The notes beneath the pieces were generated by a model that was not told the DNA's origin, made no database searches, and saw nothing but the letters and a program-made list of their open reading frames with translations. A program made the translations under genes and the position numbers. This document shows positions 58,746-61,447 of a stretch of 61,447 bases of DNA, piece by piece. Source of the DNA: an uncultured Desulfovibrio sp. (GTDB taxonomy: Bacteria; Desulfobacterota; Desulfovibrionia; Desulfovibrionales; Desulfovibrionaceae); contig CALVGJ010000056.1 in NCBI GenBank assembly GCA_944327045.1, positions 1 through 61,447 on the forward strand, read 5' to 3'. Each line of letters starts with the position of its first letter. The first letter of the stretch is position 1.

Positions 58746-59390
58746 TTACCAGGAAGGCAGCCCTCGCCTGCCCTGCCGCAAGAGCCAGACGCAGCGAAGC
58801 AGCAAGGGCAGCAGCGCGGCCCCCCAGAGCATGCCCAGCTGCCATCCGGGACCGGCTGCGGGCCAGTGCAGGCGGGCCGCCAGCAACAGGAGAGCCGCCA
58901 GCGCCATGCCCGTGGCGTAGACCTGTTCCTCCATGAGACGCGGGCTGTCGGCGTTGAGCGTATCCCGCAGCAGCACGGTCAGGCAGGCCGCCAGCCAGGC
59001 CAGCAGGGCCAGCCCCACATCCTGTGGCGCGTACAGCCCGGATGCCAGCCCGGAATGCACCATGAGCGCGGAAAACAGAAACACGCCCAGCGTATCGGTC
59101 AGCATGAGCACGGTGGCGGCACGTCGTCCGCGCGAGGCTGCATAGCCCAGCAGGCCGCCGGCCAGCATGCAGGCCAGCACTTCCTGCGGATGCACAAAAA
59201 ACAGGTATTGTCCGCTGCGCAGCAGGAGATGCCGCAGCACCTCCGCTGCCAGCGACGTCAGCACTGCCGCCAGCAGGGCCGCACCTCGCCGCGAACCGCC
59301 CATACCGGCCCGGCAGGCCGCGGCAAAGGCCAGCAGAAATACGACGGGCAGTTCGGAGCCCAGCAGGAACAGCAGCCAGAGGGCGTTCAC
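58746..59390 (-). CDS. TRIC/UPF0126-like membrane protein (divergent)
   Basis: ~7 TM; DTLGVFLFS, LLRDTL, E.VYAT; GAGG RBS with GTG start. Confidence 0.6.
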   Translation of the reverse strand: MNALWLLFLLGSELPVVFLLAFAAACRAGMGGSRRGAALLAAVLTSLAAEVLRHLLLRSGQYLFFVHPQEVLACMLAGGLLGYAASRGRRAATVLMLTDTLGVFLFSALMVHSGLASGLYAPQDVGLALLAWLAACLTVLLRDTLNADSPRLMEEQVYATGMALAALLLLAARLHWPAAGPGWQLGMLWGAALLPLLLRCVWLLRQGRRGLPSW

Positions 59391-59398
59391 CGTTACCT

Positions 59399-60958
59399 CT
59401 ACTTGGCAAAGCCGGAGGCCCGGCGCTCGCGGATGACCGTCACCCGTATCTGGCCGGGATAGGTCAGGTTCTTTTCAATTTTTTCGGCAATATCCTTGCA
59501 GAGCAGATAGGTCGTATCATCATCCACACTTTCGGGATTGACCATCACGCGGATTTCCCGGCCGGCCTGAATGGCATAGGCCTTGGAGACGCCGTCAAAG
59601 GAGGTGGCGATATTCTCCAGGTCCTCAAGGCGTTTGACGTAGTTCTCCAGCAATTCCTTGCGCGCACCGGGCCGGGCTCCGGAAATGGAGTCCGCCGCCT
59701 GCACAAGAACGGCCAGTGCCGTGGAGGGGCGCTGGTCCTCGTGGTGGGCGGCAATGGCGTGCACAATGTCCTTGGCTTCGTTGTACTTCTTGGCGATATC
59801 CGCCCCGATGAGGGCATGCGGGCCTTCCACCTCGTGGTCCACGGCCTTGCCGATGTCATGCAGCAGCCCGGCGCGCTTGGCCTTCTTGACGTCCATGCCC
59901 AGCTCGGCGGCCATCATGCCGCACAGGGCCGACACTTCCAGCGAGTGCTGCAGCACGTTCTGGGTGAAGGACGTCCGATAGCGCAACTGCCCCAGAAGGC
60001 GGACAATTTCGGGATGGATGCCGTGCACGCCCGCGTCAAAGGTGGCCTGCTCGCCTACCTCGCGCACCTGTGCGTCCAGCTCCTGCTCGCATTTCTGCAC
60101 TATGTCCTCAATGCGTGCGGGATGGATGCGGCCGTCCTGAATGAGGCGTTCCAGCGCCATCTTGGCTACCTGACGGCGCAGGGGGCTGTATGCGGAGAGG
60201 ATGACCGTCTCCGGCGTGTCGTCGATGATCAAGTCCACACCGGTGGCGGCTTCAAGGGCCCGGATATTGCGGCCCTCACGGCCGATGATGCGCCCTTTCA
60301 TGTCTTCGCTGGGCAGGCTGACCGCCGTCACCGTCTGTTCATTGACATAGTCCCCGGCATAGCGCTGAATGACGCTGCAGAGAATTTCCTTGGCCTTGCG
60401 GTCGGCCGTTTCGCGAGCTTCGGTTTCGATCTGGCGGATCATGCGCGCGGATTCATGCCGCGTGCGGGCCTCGATTTCCGCAAGCAGACGCTCGCGGGCC
60501 TCATCCGCCGTCAGGCCGGCGATCTCGGACAGGCGCTGTTCCTGCTCCTCGATGCGGCCCTGAAGATATTCCTCGTTTTCCTCAAGCTGGCGCTCCTTGC
60601 GGGCAAGTTCCTTTTCCGTGGCCAGCAGCTCGTGCTCCTTTTCCGTGGCCTTGCCCAGACGTTCCTCCAGCCTGTCGCCCATTTCCTCCAGCTTGCGCTC
60701 CCGGTTCTTGACTTCCCGCTCGCGCTCCTTGAACTCGTTTTCCAGTTCGCGTTTCTGGTTATAGAGGTCATCCTGCCCTTGCAGGAGAATTTCCTTTTTC
60801 TGCGCCTGCGCTTCCTTGCGCGCCTCCTCAACGATGCGCTTTGCCAGTTCGTCGGCATCCCCGATGCGCTTGGTGGTCGCCCGGCTTTGCAGCACATAGC
60901 CGAGCGCGGCGCCCACAATGAGCGCCAGCACCGCCGACACGATGGTCAATATGTCCAT
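59399..60958 (-). CDS. rny: Ribonuclease Y
   Basis: N-terminal TM plus coiled coil, [32 protein letters not shown]. Confidence 0.96.
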   Translation of the reverse strand: MDILTIVSAVLALIVGAALGYVLQSRATTKRIGDADELAKRIVEEARKEAQAQKKEILLQGQDDLYNQKRELENEFKEREREVKNRERKLEEMGDRLEERLGKATEKEHELLATEKELARKERQLEENEEYLQGRIEEQEQRLSEIAGLTADEARERLLAEIEARTRHESARMIRQIETEARETADRKAKEILCSVIQRYAGDYVNEQTVTAVSLPSEDMKGRIIGREGRNIRALEAATGVDLIIDDTPETVILSAYSPLRRQVAKMALERLIQDGRIHPARIEDIVQKCEQELDAQVREVGEQATFDAGVHGIHPEIVRLLGQLRYRTSFTQNVLQHSLEVSALCGMMAAELGMDVKKAKRAGLLHDIGKAVDHEVEGPHALIGADIAKKYNEAKDIVHAIAAHHEDQRPSTALAVLVQAADSISGARPGARKELLENYVKRLEDLENIATSFDGVSKAYAIQAGREIRVMVNPESVDDDTTYLLCKDIAEKIEKNLTYPGQIRVTVIRERRASGFAK

Positions 60959-61097
60959 ACAATCCCCCCGAAATGGCGGCATGGCCGCCCAACGCCGCGC
61001 CGCAAGGCGCAGCGGTCAGCGTGTAACCACGGCGGGGGCAGGTAGAGACGCGCCCGAATGGCGCAGGACAGGCACACCCGGAGGTGTCCGGGGCAAA

Positions 61098-61269
61098 TGC
61101 CCCGGAGTGCCGTGTCATATCTTCGGTGCAGAACCTGGTTTCCCAGGTGGGCGCCGAGACGCTCCCTTCAGGCTTCCCTCGCGGGCATGCTCACCGGTAG
61201 CGGGTACGGCTCCCTTTTGTATGCTTGTAAGGTCAGCACCGAGACATAAATCACGCACACCCCAGGGAA
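61098..61269 (-). ncRNA. ssrS: 6S RNA
   Basis: Between zapA and rny; minus-strand ends TTCCCTGGGGTGTGCGTG / CACGGCACTCCGGGGCA pair into a long rod with a central bulge; GGGAGC..CGGCGCCCACC internal motif; ends approximate. Confidence 0.8.
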
Positions 61270-61446
61270 TTAAAGAGGTTGCGACTCTTCTATTTGCGTA
61301 AGCAGGTTCTGAATGCGATTCTGCACATCCGCCTGCTTTTTCTGCGCTTGCAGTAAATCGTCCGCCAGCCCAAGGGCCAAGTACGTCAGCAGAATATCTT
61401 TGGTCTGCGCGCCGTGGGACCTCAGTTTCAAATCGGCGAACCGTTC
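61270..61446 (-). CDS. zapA: Cell division protein ZapA, 3' part (cut by window edge)
   Basis: ERFADLKLRSHGAQTKDILLTYLALGLADDLLQ...; position upstream of 6S RNA. Confidence 0.75.
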   Translation of the reverse strand, partial: ERFADLKLRSHGAQTKDILLTYLALGLADDLLQAQKKQADVQNRIQNLLTQIEESQPL

Positions 61447-61447
61447 T

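Overview
High-GC chromosomal window, most likely from a Desulfovibrio (D. piger-like gut clade, inferred from gene content and protein motifs). The core backbone is: the 3' part of an Ehr/Hyf-like membrane complex, uspA, hisC-cmk, glmU, cbiK, rfbD, dnaE, queD, ileS-lspA-PLDc_N-cpoB-cheZ-like, class II ribonucleotide reductase nrdJ, and zapA-6S RNA-rny. Accessory-looking modules are interleaved: a CDP-sugar pathway (rfbF/rfbG/epimerase) converging on a GT2 + flippase-like + GT-C-like trio; four tandem YgiW/YdeI OB-fold genes ahead of a ColR/ColS-like two-component system and an MdtABC-type RND pump; a CI-like S24 repressor divergent from a stand-alone DnaJ-type zinc finger; an NTP-transferase/TagF-like pair; and an AT-rich two-gene islet after dnaE. 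The most striking non-coding signal is a modular 50-200 bp MITE-like family (ends TAGAGCATTTT...AAAATGCTCTA, about 11 copies) that supplies the stop codons of several genes and brackets accessory cassettes. There is also a second dispersed repeat, a 3 x 72 bp tandem repeat and an IS481 remnant. No CRISPR array, rRNA, tRNA or intact transposase/integrase was seen. All family calls come from motif recognition by eye; no database search was run.
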